From sequence record OQ411014.1: a DNA stretch of 64,000 bases; one strand, 5' to 3'. Under the pieces are notes generated by a model. That model made no database searches, had not been told where the DNA came from, and saw nothing but the letters and a program-made list of their open reading frames with translations. The position numbers were made by a program, and so were the translations under genes. Below are positions 34,277-47,304 of this stretch, one piece after another. The number at the start of each line of letters is the position of its first letter. Position 1 is the stretch's first letter.

Positions 34277-35041
34277 ATGAAAGTTGATTATTACAAACCA
34301 ATGTCACTTGATTTTATTGAAGAATTTTGGGAAGACCTTGATATGAATCTTGTGATTCAGAAACAAAATCTACCAGAGGACTTCATTTCTAAACATATCA
34401 ATAAGCTAGACACTAACGCACTCGCACGGTATCAGAAACTATCTGTTGATTTCATCAAAGAGAAATGGGAATGGTTTGATAAGAATATTGTTATGCAATA
34501 TATTGTTATGCCGATGGAATGGATTGCAGAGAAGTGGGATGAACTAAAAAACACTGCTGCTGACACCATTGCGAAGTATCAGAAGCTAACAGTTGACTTC
34601 ATCAAAGAGAAGTGGGATACTTGGAGCACTGCTGCTACTGAGTTCATTTCGAAGTATCAGAAGCTAACAGTTGACTTCATCAAAGAGAAGTGGGATTATT
34701 TGGATAAGAACTATATTTCTCAATTCCAAACACTAACAACCGACTTTATCAAAGATAGTCTTTCAACATTGAATGCTAAAGCTGTTGCTGTATTCCAAAT
34801 CATAGAAGATAGTGTTCGTACTCTATTAGGACTACCAGCACCTGCCGCTACAATCACTGGTAATCAAATCCTTGCATTTGATCCATGTTCTGATGGTATG
34901 GCACGTTTCAACGCACACACACCAGACAACAATACAGTACTAACATGGAATGAACTACTACGTCTCCATGGTGGTACACAAGAAGGTAATCGTGATATTC
35001 ACTGGTTATCATGGAAATTAGGAAAATCTATAAACACATAA
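34277..35041 (+). CDS. Tandem helical-repeat protein (about 7 x 23-26 aa, YQKLxxDFIKEKW)
   Basis: Repeats visible in protein and DNA; GAGG RBS. Confidence 0.8.
   Translation: MKVDYYKPMSLDFIEEFWEDLDMNLVIQKQNLPEDFISKHINKLDTNALARYQKLSVDFIKEKWEWFDKNIVMQYIVMPMEWIAEKWDELKNTAADTIAKYQKLTVDFIKEKWDTWSTAATEFISKYQKLTVDFIKEKWDYLDKNYISQFQTLTTDFIKDSLSTLNAKAVAVFQIIEDSVRTLLGLPAPAATITGNQILAFDPCSDGMARFNAHTPDNNTVLTWNELLRLHGGTQEGNRDIHWLSWKLGKSINT
34572..34696 (+). repeat. 47-bp exact direct repeat, period 78 bp
   Basis: CGAAGTATCAGAAGCTAACAGTTGACTTCATCAAAGAGAAGTGGGAT at 34572-34618 and 34650-34696. Confidence 0.92.
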
Positions 35042-35051
35042 GGAAATGAGA

Positions 35052-36188
35052 ATGTCTGTATTTGCAAAAAATGAAAAATCCCATTTGGAAAAGAAAATGT
35101 TTTTTGACGAAGCAGTTGATATTCAACGTTTTGAACACGTAAAATATTCTGCTATTGATCGTCTATCTGAAACACAATTGGGGTTCTTCTGGCTTCCACA
35201 GGAAGTTGACGTAACTCGTGACAAGATTGACTTTGAAATGCTATCTCCAGTAGAGAAACACATCTTCACTTCTAACTTGAAACGTCAAATTCTACTTGAC
35301 TCTGTTCAAGGTCGTGGTCCAAGCCTAACACTACTTCCTTATACTTCTCTTCCAGAGATTGAAGGTTTCATTAGTATTTGGGATTTCGTGGAAGGTGCTA
35401 TTCATAGTCGTTCCTATACGCACATTATCCGTAACGTATATCCGAACCCATCTGAAGTATTTGACACTATGTTGGATATTCCAGAGATTACTTCATGTGC
35501 AGCGGACGTATCAAAGTACTATGACCGTCTTGATGAGTTGGGTTTACAGTACCGTATGCTTGGTGAAGGTACACATGTTGTAAATGGCGAAACTGTAGTA
35601 GTTGACATGCGTGAACTGAAGAAAGCACTATGGTTATGTTTGAACAGTATCAACGTACTGGAAGGTATTCGTTTTTATGTTTCCTTTGCTTGTTCGTGGG
35701 CTTTTGCACAGAATAAGAAAATGGAAGGTAACGCTAAAATCATCAAACTAATTTGTCGTGATGAGAACCTTCACCTTGCAGCAACACAAATGTGGTTACG
35801 TCTACTCAAGAAAGATGATCCAGATTTCGTGAGTATCGCTGAAGAATGTCAAGAAGAAGTTCAACAAATGTTCCTTGATGCAATTCGTCAAGAAGAAGAG
35901 TGGGCTGACTTCCTATTCAAAGACGGTTCTATGATTGGTGTGAACGCACAAATTCTGAAAGAATACATTCGTTTCATCGGCTCCAAACGTATGCAAGCGG
36001 TTGGTGTGAAATGTCCTTTCCGCGTAAGTAAAACTAACCCACTACCGTGGACTGAGTTCTGGATTAGCGGTTCTGAAATCCAGGTAGCTCCACAAGAAAC
36101 TGAACTAAGTTCATATATCACAGGTGGTATCGTGAACGATCTAGATGATGACTTCTTTGCTGAATTCAAATCTGTAACTACATTATAA
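35052..36188 (+). CDS. nrdB: Class Ia ribonucleotide reductase beta subunit
   Basis: FFWLPQEV, LLDSVQGRG, E.IHSRSYT, LEGIRFYVSF, RDENLH, APQETE. Confidence 0.97.
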   Translation: MSVFAKNEKSHLEKKMFFDEAVDIQRFEHVKYSAIDRLSETQLGFFWLPQEVDVTRDKIDFEMLSPVEKHIFTSNLKRQILLDSVQGRGPSLTLLPYTSLPEIEGFISIWDFVEGAIHSRSYTHIIRNVYPNPSEVFDTMLDIPEITSCAADVSKYYDRLDELGLQYRMLGEGTHVVNGETVVVDMRELKKALWLCLNSINVLEGIRFYVSFACSWAFAQNKKMEGNAKIIKLICRDENLHLAATQMWLRLLKKDDPDFVSIAEECQEEVQQMFLDAIRQEEEWADFLFKDGSMIGVNAQILKEYIRFIGSKRMQAVGVKCPFRVSKTNPLPWTEFWISGSEIQVAPQETELSSYITGGIVNDLDDDFFAEFKSVTTL

Positions 36189-36194
36189 AAGTAA

Positions 36195-36225
36195 ATGGAG
36201 AGCATAATATGTTCTCCATCTTTTT
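36195..36225 (+). terminator. Intrinsic terminator
   Basis: ATGGAGAGC-N7-GTTCTCCAT then T run. Confidence 0.7.
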
Positions 36226-36236
36226 GAGGGTATATA

Positions 36237-36407
36237 ATGAATAGTTCTGTGTTTAGCTTTCTACCAGATACTGTCTATCGATTTCATTTGGTTGACGGAA
36301 ACCAAATAACTGGTATCATCACTCAAGTGTTTGATGATGGAATCGAGGTTTCTAATCGACGAATCGTTCAAGACAAAATTGTTTTTTGGTACGAAGTTGA
36401 AGAATAA
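36237..36407 (+). CDS. Small 56-aa ORF missing from the track, possible Sm-like/SH3-like beta fold
   Basis: Hand-translated MNSSVFSFLPDTVYRFHLVDGNQITGIITQVFDDGIEVSNRRIVQDKIVFWYEVEE; GAGG RBS; fills the gap exactly. Confidence 0.65.
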   Translation: MNSSVFSFLPDTVYRFHLVDGNQITGIITQVFDDGIEVSNRRIVQDKIVFWYEVEE

Positions 36408-36700
<293 letters not shown>

Positions 36701-36717
36701 GAACAGGAGCAATACTA

Positions 36718-37443
36718 ATGGCTAAAACTACTCTAGACCTGAATGCACAACTTCAGCAAGTAATCGAATTCATGACTGTTGTTGGTCAAACTGTGAATAC
36801 TCATGAAACTTACGCAACACCAAAAGTTGCAGACTTCCGTACTCGTCTCATCGAAGAAGAAGTTTTCGGTAAGAAAGAATTAGTTGATTCGATGAATAAT
36901 GATGATGTTGTGGGTGTTCTTGATGGTCTATGTGACGTTCTATATGTAACCTATGGTGCTCTAGCAACCTATGGTCTAGAACTAGACACTTCAGTATCTC
37001 ATCCGGTAGAAATCGCGGATGGTGGTTCTAAGCAGATTTTCAAACACACTGCATTTGAACTAATTCGCTCTATCTCTGGTGCAGTAGAGCAATACAAACG
37101 CGGCGTTGAACTAGGTGACTTCCGCACAATGATTCGTGGTCTTGGTAATGTCATTTTTCAAGTAACTCGCATTGCTGAAGAATACAATATCTCTCTTCAA
37201 GCACCATTCGCTGAAGTTCATGCGTCCAACATGAGTAAGCTATGTACAACCGAGCAGCAAGCAATTGATAGTATTGCTGAACGTGTAGAAGCTAATAACG
37301 ACAAGAGTGCTGATTATATTGGTGCTACTATTGCTCGCGTTGAAGTGAATGGTAAAGAGTACTTTGTTATTCGCCGTGCCTCCGACAATAAAGTACTGAA
37401 AGGTAATGGCTTCTTTGAACCTAACCTAGCTAAGTACGTGTAA
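36718..37443 (+). CDS. All-alpha NTP pyrophosphohydrolase (MazG/PRA-PH/dUTPase-like)
   Basis: LIEEE, LDGLCDVLYVTYG, FAEVHASNMSK, KVLKG. Confidence 0.88.
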   Translation: MAKTTLDLNAQLQQVIEFMTVVGQTVNTHETYATPKVADFRTRLIEEEVFGKKELVDSMNNDDVVGVLDGLCDVLYVTYGALATYGLELDTSVSHPVEIADGGSKQIFKHTAFELIRSISGAVEQYKRGVELGDFRTMIRGLGNVIFQVTRIAEEYNISLQAPFAEVHASNMSKLCTTEQQAIDSIAERVEANNDKSADYIGATIARVEVNGKEYFVIRRASDNKVLKGNGFFEPNLAKYV

Positions 37444-37448
37444 TAAAA

Positions 37449-37480
37449 AAAAGGGACATATAAAAAAATATGTCCCTTTT
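37449..37480. terminator. Bidirectional terminator between convergent genes
   Basis: AAAAGGGACATA-N8-TATGTCCCTTTT. Confidence 0.85.
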
Positions 37481-37485
37481 GGGTT

Positions 37486-38154
37486 TTAAAATTTCCACAT
37501 AGATTTTTGAACATCTGAAATAATCGGACTAATATCTGTAACAACTTGTGTTATTTGGTTATTGTCATACTCTCTATTGAGAGTTAGCATAATGTATCCA
37601 ATAACCGAATAACCATCATTGGCAGAAATAGGGATGGTTACTACAGTTTTATATGCAATATGAACATTGGCATTTTGATTACAAGTAAACTCACTACCAG
37701 CTTCAAAAATGTCTTCACATTCTGAACGAATAGCTGTGATGTTTTCATAATGCACTTTGTTCAACAGTATTTCTTGAAAAATACGTTTATTGATGATAGT
37801 ACTGTGTATCTTATCTTCGATTGGTTCTAAACCATTCCGATTTACCGACGCAACACCAATTTGGCCTTTAAACATATCCGATGTTTCGGAATCTTTACCT
37901 TCTGGTACGAATTTGTATAAAACCACGTTGACAACCTCTTCTTGTTGAGCTAGAATATCCGCAAAACGTGAATTGATTATTGCTGTTTCAGCACTTTCAC
38001 TACTCATATGTGTTTGTACAAAAGGGATAACATCATTGACCAAAAGTTCTTTGATGTTATCAACAATTAATATTATAAAAACACTAACAAATATACACGC
38101 TAGTGATGTTATAAATCGAATGATTTTTTGTTTTTTATCTATATGCCCTTGCAT
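37486..38154 (-). CDS. T4 gpT-like holin candidate (one TM helix plus periplasmic GAF-like domain), copy 2
   Basis: N-terminal TM; VLYKFVP resembles T4 T AVYSFRP; C-terminal IPI..GY.IGYIML; start MQG at 38154 (GAGGTG RBS). Confidence 0.55.
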   Translation of the reverse strand: MQGHIDKKQKIIRFITSLACIFVSVFIILIVDNIKELLVNDVIPFVQTHMSSESAETAIINSRFADILAQQEEVVNVVLYKFVPEGKDSETSDMFKGQIGVASVNRNGLEPIEDKIHSTIINKRIFQEILLNKVHYENITAIRSECEDIFEAGSEFTCNQNANVHIAYKTVVTIPISANDGYSVIGYIMLTLNREYDNNQITQVVTDISPIISDVQKSMWKF

Positions 38155-38165
38155 GTCACACCTCA

Positions 38166-38915
<750 letters not shown>

Positions 38916-38952
38916 TTATTATGTAATATTATTTACTAAAAAATGCATAAAA

Positions 38953-38982
38953 ATGAGACAGTACGGAGATTTGTGATATAAT
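38953..38982 (+). promoter_or_regulatory. Middle-type promoter ATGAGACA-N11-TGTGATATAAT
   Basis: Spaced motif. Confidence 0.75.
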
Positions 38983-39006
38983 ATTCAAAACATACCGGAG
39001 CAAAAC

Positions 39007-39371
39007 ATGAATTTTATCGTTACGTATGCACAAATACTTGGACTCAACATCATGCTGATTATAATCGCATGTACATCACCAACTGCTGCATTTAGCACTT
39101 ACTTGGTACTATGTATAGTTTCACTCGTGATTGCTATAGTGTACCGTACCCTCTTCACCAGAGCATTAGGTGGTGAGCTTGATATTCCACATGAATGGAA
39201 GTTCATACCACATACATTCCCTAAAGAAAACAAAGTAACATACATTTGTAGTACTATCATTCATATGGGATTGAGTATTTTTATTCTACATTCGTTTGTA
39301 CTTCCAATCATGATGCTTGTGATTTTGGTAGTTCGAATTTATAATTGTAATTTATTTGAGAAGATTCTTTT

Positions 39372-39384
<13 letters not shown>
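39007..39384 (+). CDS. Integral membrane protein (about 4 TM)
   Basis: Hydrophobic stretches; GGAG RBS. Confidence 0.7.
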
Positions 39385-40309
<925 letters not shown>

Positions 40310-40346
40310 TCACACGAAGTGACAGGAACACATAAAGGGAATTATA

Positions 40347-41693
40347 ATGAGTAATATTACGCTTACGGAAAAGCAACAAAGTACTTTTGATGATTTTATC
40401 GAACGTGTGCATAACTACCCAGGACGCTCTATCTGTGTTCTTGTCGGATATGCTGGTACAGGTAAAACAACATTAGTATCTGAGATAGTACGGAACTTAC
40501 ATTCCGAGTACAACATTGCAGTAACATCACCAACGCATAAGGCGAACTCTGTTATTCGCAATATGCTAATCAATAACGTAGGTCTAAAGAAAGATGATGC
40601 ACAGGTTAGTACTATTCACTCTTTCTTAGGATTGAAGTTAGTATATGAAAAGAACCATCAAGTACTGAAGCATGACCCACAATCTAAGAATAGTAACTCC
40701 TATGTTGATATTCTGATTGTTGATGAATGTTCCATGATTTCCGAAGAGATGTACAATCACATCATGAACCAGATTCACCGTGTTCGACGTGCAATTCTTT
40801 TCATCGGTGACTCATGTCAGCTACCACCAGTTGAAGCTGAAGGTACTATTGGTGAAACCAAACTAAGTCCAACGTTTGATGTACCAGTGAAGTACGAACT
40901 ACAAGAAGTTCTGCGTCAAGCAATGGATAACCCAATCATCAAAGTTGCAACTGCAATTCGTGAATGTATTGGTACTAAGAACAACCCGATGGATATCCTC
41001 AATGCGATTGATGGTTATGATACAATCACACCAATCACTGACGAGGCTTTATTTTTGGACGTGTATAAAGCATATATTTGTGAGAACATTGGTTCAGCGA
41101 AGAAGATTTTTGATTTCGTACAAGAAAACAAAATCATTGCTTATACAAACTACAGAGTGAACTATGCAAACATGTTCATTCGGAGTGAAGTATTCCCTGA
41201 ACACAAAGAAACCGAGTTCGTCAAGGGTGAACCAATTGTCTTTGAATCCGTAACAGAAAACTGTTCATACACTGTACAGCAAATGATTCAATGTCCTGAA
41301 GTTCGTGAAGAACAATTCTTGGGTATTGATTGTTGGCAGTTCAAACTTCCAAACGGAAACTATATCTTAGGTGTAGGGCCATATAGTCGTTTAGCTCTAG
41401 AAGACCATCTTGATAAGTTAGTGAAGAAGATTGAAAAGAAAGAGATGAACCCACTAACACAGAAGCCATATGGTTGGCAAGATTATTACATTATCAAGAA
41501 CAAGATAAACATAATCAACTACCCGTATGCAACAACGGCACATAAGTCTCAAGGTAGCACGTTCAACAATATCTGGTTCGATACTGATTTTATTGATCGT
41601 ATTGCCAATAACGATACTAAATGTCGTATCATGTACACAGCGATGACTCGCCCACGTTATAGTGTTCTACTACGTAAGAACGCGAGTTGGTAA
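40347..41693 (+). CDS. dda: Dda/RecD-like SF1B helicase
   Basis: GYAGTGKT, SPTHKA, TIHSFLGL, IVDECSM, GDSCQLPPV, TAHKSQGSTF, YTAMTR. Confidence 0.93.
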   Translation: MSNITLTEKQQSTFDDFIERVHNYPGRSICVLVGYAGTGKTTLVSEIVRNLHSEYNIAVTSPTHKANSVIRNMLINNVGLKKDDAQVSTIHSFLGLKLVYEKNHQVLKHDPQSKNSNSYVDILIVDECSMISEEMYNHIMNQIHRVRRAILFIGDSCQLPPVEAEGTIGETKLSPTFDVPVKYELQEVLRQAMDNPIIKVATAIRECIGTKNNPMDILNAIDGYDTITPITDEALFLDVYKAYICENIGSAKKIFDFVQENKIIAYTNYRVNYANMFIRSEVFPEHKETEFVKGEPIVFESVTENCSYTVQQMIQCPEVREEQFLGIDCWQFKLPNGNYILGVGPYSRLALEDHLDKLVKKIEKKEMNPLTQKPYGWQDYYIIKNKINIINYPYATTAHKSQGSTFNNIWFDTDFIDRIANNDTKCRIMYTAMTRPRYSVLLRKNASW

Positions 41694-41770
41694 ATAAGTA
41701 CTGTGGCGTAATGTCACAGTACTGTTATCGTACAATAAATAATAAAAAGATATTGTTTCGGAGATATAAA

Positions 41771-42322
41771 ATGAACAATCTATTTCAACCTTTTAGTATC
41801 GAGATTCCAGGCCAGCTTTTGGATGACAAACGTTTTTACGAGTATGAAGACTTTGATGGTGACAACTACACTGTCCCAACTGATGCAAACGTACTTGACA
41901 AAGCAAAAGCATATATTCGTATGCAACAACTCAAGCGTAAGCTATCTGAGTGTACCGTACCATTGTACTGCACTGTAGAGTTCACCACTCCAGGTACATG
42001 TAGTACTGTCCCAACTGGTGCAAAAATCACTGTAGGGTACTTGAGTTTCGAACCATTTATTAGCACACTAGACCCAATCCCAGTATATGCTGATGAAGCT
42101 GCTGCTGGTGCAGGTGCTGCTGGTGTTATTCAGAAAATTGTTGACGAAGTTCTTGCATCTGACATTGATCAAGAGTATGCTGTACTACAGAAGTTATACC
42201 AACAAGAAAACAACCCAATTGACAAAGTAGTATATCCTTACCGTGAAATCTATATGGATTACATTGATGTAGCGAAAGCTGATCCAGCGGTAAACAGTAC
42301 TGTAACTTACGTCAAACTATAA
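41771..42322 (+). CDS. Hypothetical late/virion protein
   Basis: AATAAATA box at 41734, GGAG RBS before ATG 41771. Confidence 0.65.
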   Translation: MNNLFQPFSIEIPGQLLDDKRFYEYEDFDGDNYTVPTDANVLDKAKAYIRMQQLKRKLSECTVPLYCTVEFTTPGTCSTVPTGAKITVGYLSFEPFISTLDPIPVYADEAAAGAGAAGVIQKIVDEVLASDIDQEYAVLQKLYQQENNPIDKVVYPYREIYMDYIDVAKADPAVNSTVTYVKL

Positions 42323-42346
42323 TTTATTACACAGGAGCTATTGACA

Positions 42347-42538
42347 ATGGAAGGTCAAACTTTTTATAATCGCATTCTTGAAGACAAAGCAACGTTCGAC
42401 CGCACGATTTATGATCTTGAACTAATGATTCAAGATGCTCCTAATCCACGCATTCGTACACAAGCTGAACTCGCAAAGAATTATCTAGTACAAGTACAAC
42501 TGATTTGCGATGCACTAAAAAAACATAATAATGATTGA
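42347..42538 (+). CDS. Small hypothetical protein
   Basis: AGGAG RBS; start TTG 42341 or ATG 42347. Confidence 0.55.
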   Translation: MEGQTFYNRILEDKATFDRTIYDLELMIQDAPNPRIRTQAELAKNYLVQVQLICDALKKHNND

Positions 42539-42563
42539 CAGTTAGAAAGAAAGACATTATTAT
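42535..42563 (+). promoter_or_regulatory. Sigma70-type promoter TTGACA-N17-TATTAT
   Basis: Near-consensus, upstream of IF3 gene. Confidence 0.8.
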
Positions 42564-42642
42564 ACACACATGCACTACAAAGTGGGATGGAAAAGCTATC
42601 CCACTAAAAATTCAAAAACACTATCTGGAGATGTGAATTTAT

Positions 42643-43143
42643 ATGAAATCTATTATTGCCAACAACGAAATTACTGCAACTTCCGTTCGTCTAGTTACTG
42701 AAGGGTCAAGTGAAGTACTGGCAATTGATAAAGCGTTAGCTAAAGCTCGCAATGAAGGTTTGGATCTAATCCAAGTAACTGAACATGATGTTCCGGTTGT
42801 GAAGATTGCTGACCTGAACAAGTTCAAATACGAGCAAAAACAAGCTGAGAAAGCTGCACAGAAGAAGCAACGTGCTAACATCATTCAGACTAAAGAAATC
42901 CAATTCGCTTCAAATACTCAAGAGAATGATCTTGCAGTAAAAGCAAAGAATGCTCGTAAGTTTATCGAAGAAGGTAAACAAGTACATATCGTAATGAAAG
43001 CTGCTGGTCGTTTAGGCACACAAACTGACTCCAACATTGAAACACTAGGGGCGTTTGTTGAACGTCTAGGTGAGAATGTTGAGTTCGTTCAGAAAGTAGA
43101 AGTTCAGGGTAAAAACATCACTTGCACTGTGAAAGCCAAATAA
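42643..43143 (+). CDS. infC: Translation initiation factor IF-3
   Basis: ANNEI.A..VRLV, LDLIQV, PVVKIADLNKFKYEQK, KEIQF, ARKFI..G..V. Confidence 0.95.
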   Translation: MKSIIANNEITATSVRLVTEGSSEVLAIDKALAKARNEGLDLIQVTEHDVPVVKIADLNKFKYEQKQAEKAAQKKQRANIIQTKEIQFASNTQENDLAVKAKNARKFIEEGKQVHIVMKAAGRLGTQTDSNIETLGAFVERLGENVEFVQKVEVQGKNITCTVKAK

Positions 43144-43162
43144 TAAAAAGGATTGAGTTAGA

Positions 43163-43699
43163 ATGAAAAATGAAATCGAGCAACAGATTTTTCAAACGAA
43201 TCCTCTGCCAGTAGTAAAAACTACTTATAAGGATTCAGTATATTACGTCGCGGGTAAGCATGACCTTACTCGTTATGTCGAAAATGTTTCAGCGGCAAAG
43301 AGTGAAGAGTTTCGTGTTGAAGCAGCACTAAAACATCTCATCAATGATCGCCCTGAAGTGAATAAGTTGAATGTTCCAATGTTTGACTTTATTCTTCTCG
43401 ACGACCCAAAAACCACGGCAAACTTCGTTTCAATGTATTGCTATGATGTTCTACATTTTGATGATGACCGTTGTAACGAAGTAATTGAAGCACTGAATAC
43501 AGTAGGTTCTTACTATGTTGGTACTTACAGTGATGAACTCACTCTAACTCTAGCACACCTACTAGAAGAAGCTAACTCCCAACTGGACCAAAATCTAGGT
43601 TGGAATAAGATGGAACGTCAACCAGCAGATGATGCATTAGTTGATGCAATGGTTCTTCTAGAAAAACTAATCGAGCGTGATTACCCGCAAGATCTATAA
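43163..43699 (+). CDS. ClpS-like adaptor domain with N- and C-terminal extensions
   Basis: FILLDDPKTTANFV...LNTVGSYYVGTYS matches ClpS V.L.NDDYTPMEFV...VH..GKAICGVF. Confidence 0.7.
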   Translation: MKNEIEQQIFQTNPLPVVKTTYKDSVYYVAGKHDLTRYVENVSAAKSEEFRVEAALKHLINDRPEVNKLNVPMFDFILLDDPKTTANFVSMYCYDVLHFDDDRCNEVIEALNTVGSYYVGTYSDELTLTLAHLLEEANSQLDQNLGWNKMERQPADDALVDAMVLLEKLIERDYPQDL

Positions 43700-43707
43700 C
43701 AATAACT

Positions 43708-45234
<1,527 letters not shown>

Positions 45235-45240
45235 ATATCA

Positions 45241-45270
45241 GGGAGCGTCTATGACGTTCCCAATTTTTTT
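45241..45270 (+). terminator. Intrinsic terminator
   Basis: GGGAGCGTC-N3-GACGTTCCC then T run. Confidence 0.7.
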
Positions 45271-45298
45271 GAGATAACCAAATTATTTGTGATATAAT
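45269..45298 (+). promoter_or_regulatory. Middle-type promoter TTGAGATA-N11-TGTGATATAAT
   Basis: Spaced motif upstream of topoisomerase. Confidence 0.78.
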
Positions 45299-45333
45299 AC
45301 AGAAGCTAAGAGACAACATAAAGGAAAATACAA

Positions 45334-47304
45334 ATGGCAAAGAAACAATCATCTGTCATGGAAGAACATGGAATCCAACAACTAACCGAATATGAACACG
45401 CCCGAATCAGGACAGAAATGTATCTTGGTTCACGTTCTGTGCATGAACAGATGGCTCTTATCTTTGGTGAAACAGGCTATGCAGTACTGAACACTGCTTG
45501 GGTTCCAGCACTACTAACATCTATTCGTGAAGTTCTTGATAACTCCCTTGACGAATTCGTGAAAGCAATGGTGAAAGACCCTGAACTACGCGTGACGTAT
45601 GATGAAGGAACTCTAAGCATCGTGGTTTCCGACAACGGTCGCGGTATTCCAATTGACTACGTACCAGATACGCAAAAGAACTTGTGTACTATGGTAATGA
45701 CTGAAATGAAAACTGGTCGTAACTTCAATGATGACGAACGTGAAAACGTCATTGGTATGAACGGTCTTGGTGGTTCAGTTGTAATGATTGTTAGTGAAAC
45801 TGCTGAACTGGAAATCCATCGTGCTGGTCGTCCATACAAAACCACAAGCAGTAATGATGGTTATGATGGAATGTACAAATTTACACAGAAATTCAGCGAA
45901 GGAACTCACATGTTCCCTGACCTACAAATCAATGAACCAACGATTCGTAAAGTCAAAGCTGATAAGACTGGTACTACAATTCGTTTCAAACTAAGCCCAG
46001 CAGTATTCCCGAACCTAGTACTACCAACTGAACTAATCTATAGTATCCTAAAAGAGATTAGTGCTGCGAACCCTACCTACAAAATCTTCCTGAACGACAA
46101 ACGTATTCAGTCTAAAGGTGGAGTAGAGAAAGGTCTATTTGGTAAAGCTAAACTAATGACCCTAAGTGTGAAAGACCCAGGCTTTGACAGTACTTTTTAC
46201 ATCGTTCCTGATTCAGTAGAAGGACAAAGTACTAATTTCCACATGCATGGTCTAGTAAACAACGCCCCAGCGTTAGAAGGTGGCACTCACCTAGAAACAT
46301 TCAAGAAGTTCTTTGCATTAGGTATTGGGACTTCTCTTGAGAAAGAAGCTAAGCGTCGTAAAGTAAAACTAAAACCCAACCGTTCTGATATTGAAGAAGG
46401 TCTATTGATTTACAATATCACACGTATGAACTCTCCATCGTTCAACTCACAGACTAAGACTAAACTAACGAATGAAAATGTTATTCGTCCTGTACAGCAA
46501 GCTATGAGTACTGAATGGTTTGATGAGTTAGTGAAGAAAAATAAGGAGTGGGTGGATTCAATCTTTACTCGTTGTGCTGAACGTACGAACAAGAAAGATG
46601 CAGATGAAGATCGTCGTCTAGCAAAGAAACTACTAAAAGGTAAAGTAGCTAAACTCCGTGATGCAACTGGTACTGACCGTTCCAAATGTATCCTACTAAT
46701 CGCAGAAGGTGATTCCGCAATTAGTAACATGTCCGGTGCTCGTGATTCTGCGATTCATGGTATTCTTCCGTTGCGTGGTAAAATCATGAACGTGAACGGT
46801 ACTGAGAAAACTAAAGATCTAATGGATAGTGATTCTCTACGTGACATTATGGCATCAATCAACCTAATCCCAGGACAAAAAGCTGTACGTTCAGAACTGA
46901 ACTATGGTAAGCTATATATCTGTGCGGATGAGGATGAGGATGGTAAGAACATTGGTGCACTAGTGTGTAACTTCCTATTCAAATTCTGGCCTGAACTATT
47001 CCAAGACCCAGAAAATCCGTTTGTTTACATCTTCAAAACTCCATTTATTATTTTGGAGAAAGGTAAAGAAAGTCGTTATTTCTATGGTCATAACGTGCAT
47101 GAATTCAACCCTGACGAATGGAAAGGATGGAAAGCAACTCGTGCAAAAGGACTAGGAACACTAGAGAAATCCAACTTCCGTGATGCACTAACCGATGGCG
47201 TAGCAATCGCAATCACTGATGACGGTAACTTAGGTGCAACATTAGACCTCATCTTCAATAAAGGTCGTTCCGATGACCGTAAAGAATGGATGAAGGACGA
47301 GTAA
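45334..47304 (+). CDS. Type IIA topoisomerase ATPase/TOPRIM subunit (gp39+gp60 fused, GyrB/ParE-like)
   Basis: EVLDNSLDE, DNGRGIP, GMNGLGG, EGDSA, PLRGKIMN, DEDEDG, KGLG. Confidence 0.96.
   Translation: MAKKQSSVMEEHGIQQLTEYEHARIRTEMYLGSRSVHEQMALIFGETGYAVLNTAWVPALLTSIREVLDNSLDEFVKAMVKDPELRVTYDEGTLSIVVSDNGRGIPIDYVPDTQKNLCTMVMTEMKTGRNFNDDERENVIGMNGLGGSVVMIVSETAELEIHRAGRPYKTTSSNDGYDGMYKFTQKFSEGTHMFPDLQINEPTIRKVKADKTGTTIRFKLSPAVFPNLVLPTELIYSILKEISAANPTYKIFLNDKRIQSKGGVEKGLFGKAKLMTLSVKDPGFDSTFYIVPDSVEGQSTNFHMHGLVNNAPALEGGTHLETFKKFFALGIGTSLEKEAKRRKVKLKPNRSDIEEGLLIYNITRMNSPSFNSQTKTKLTNENVIRPVQQAMSTEWFDELVKKNKEWVDSIFTRCAERTNKKDADEDRRLAKKLLKGKVAKLRDATGTDRSKCILLIAEGDSAISNMSGARDSAIHGILPLRGKIMNVNGTEKTKDLMDSDSLRDIMASINLIPGQKAVRSELNYGKLYICADEDEDGKNIGALVCNFLFKFWPELFQDPENPFVYIFKTPFIILEKGKESRYFYGHNVHEFNPDEWKGWKATRAKGLGTLEKSNFRDALTDGVAIAITDDGNLGATLDLIFNKGRSDDRKEWMKDE

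Noticed and set aside
34572-34696. Direct repeats as a possible CRISPR mini-array
   Set aside because: Only two copies, in frame with a period of 26 codons inside a repeat protein; no cas gene or leader.
31892-36188. Group I introns or inteins in nrdA/nrdB
   Set aside because: Both ORFs are continuous, of normal length, with motifs in the expected order.
45334-47304. T4 gene 60-type translational bypass or split topoisomerase
   Set aside because: ATPase and TOPRIM regions are in one uninterrupted frame.
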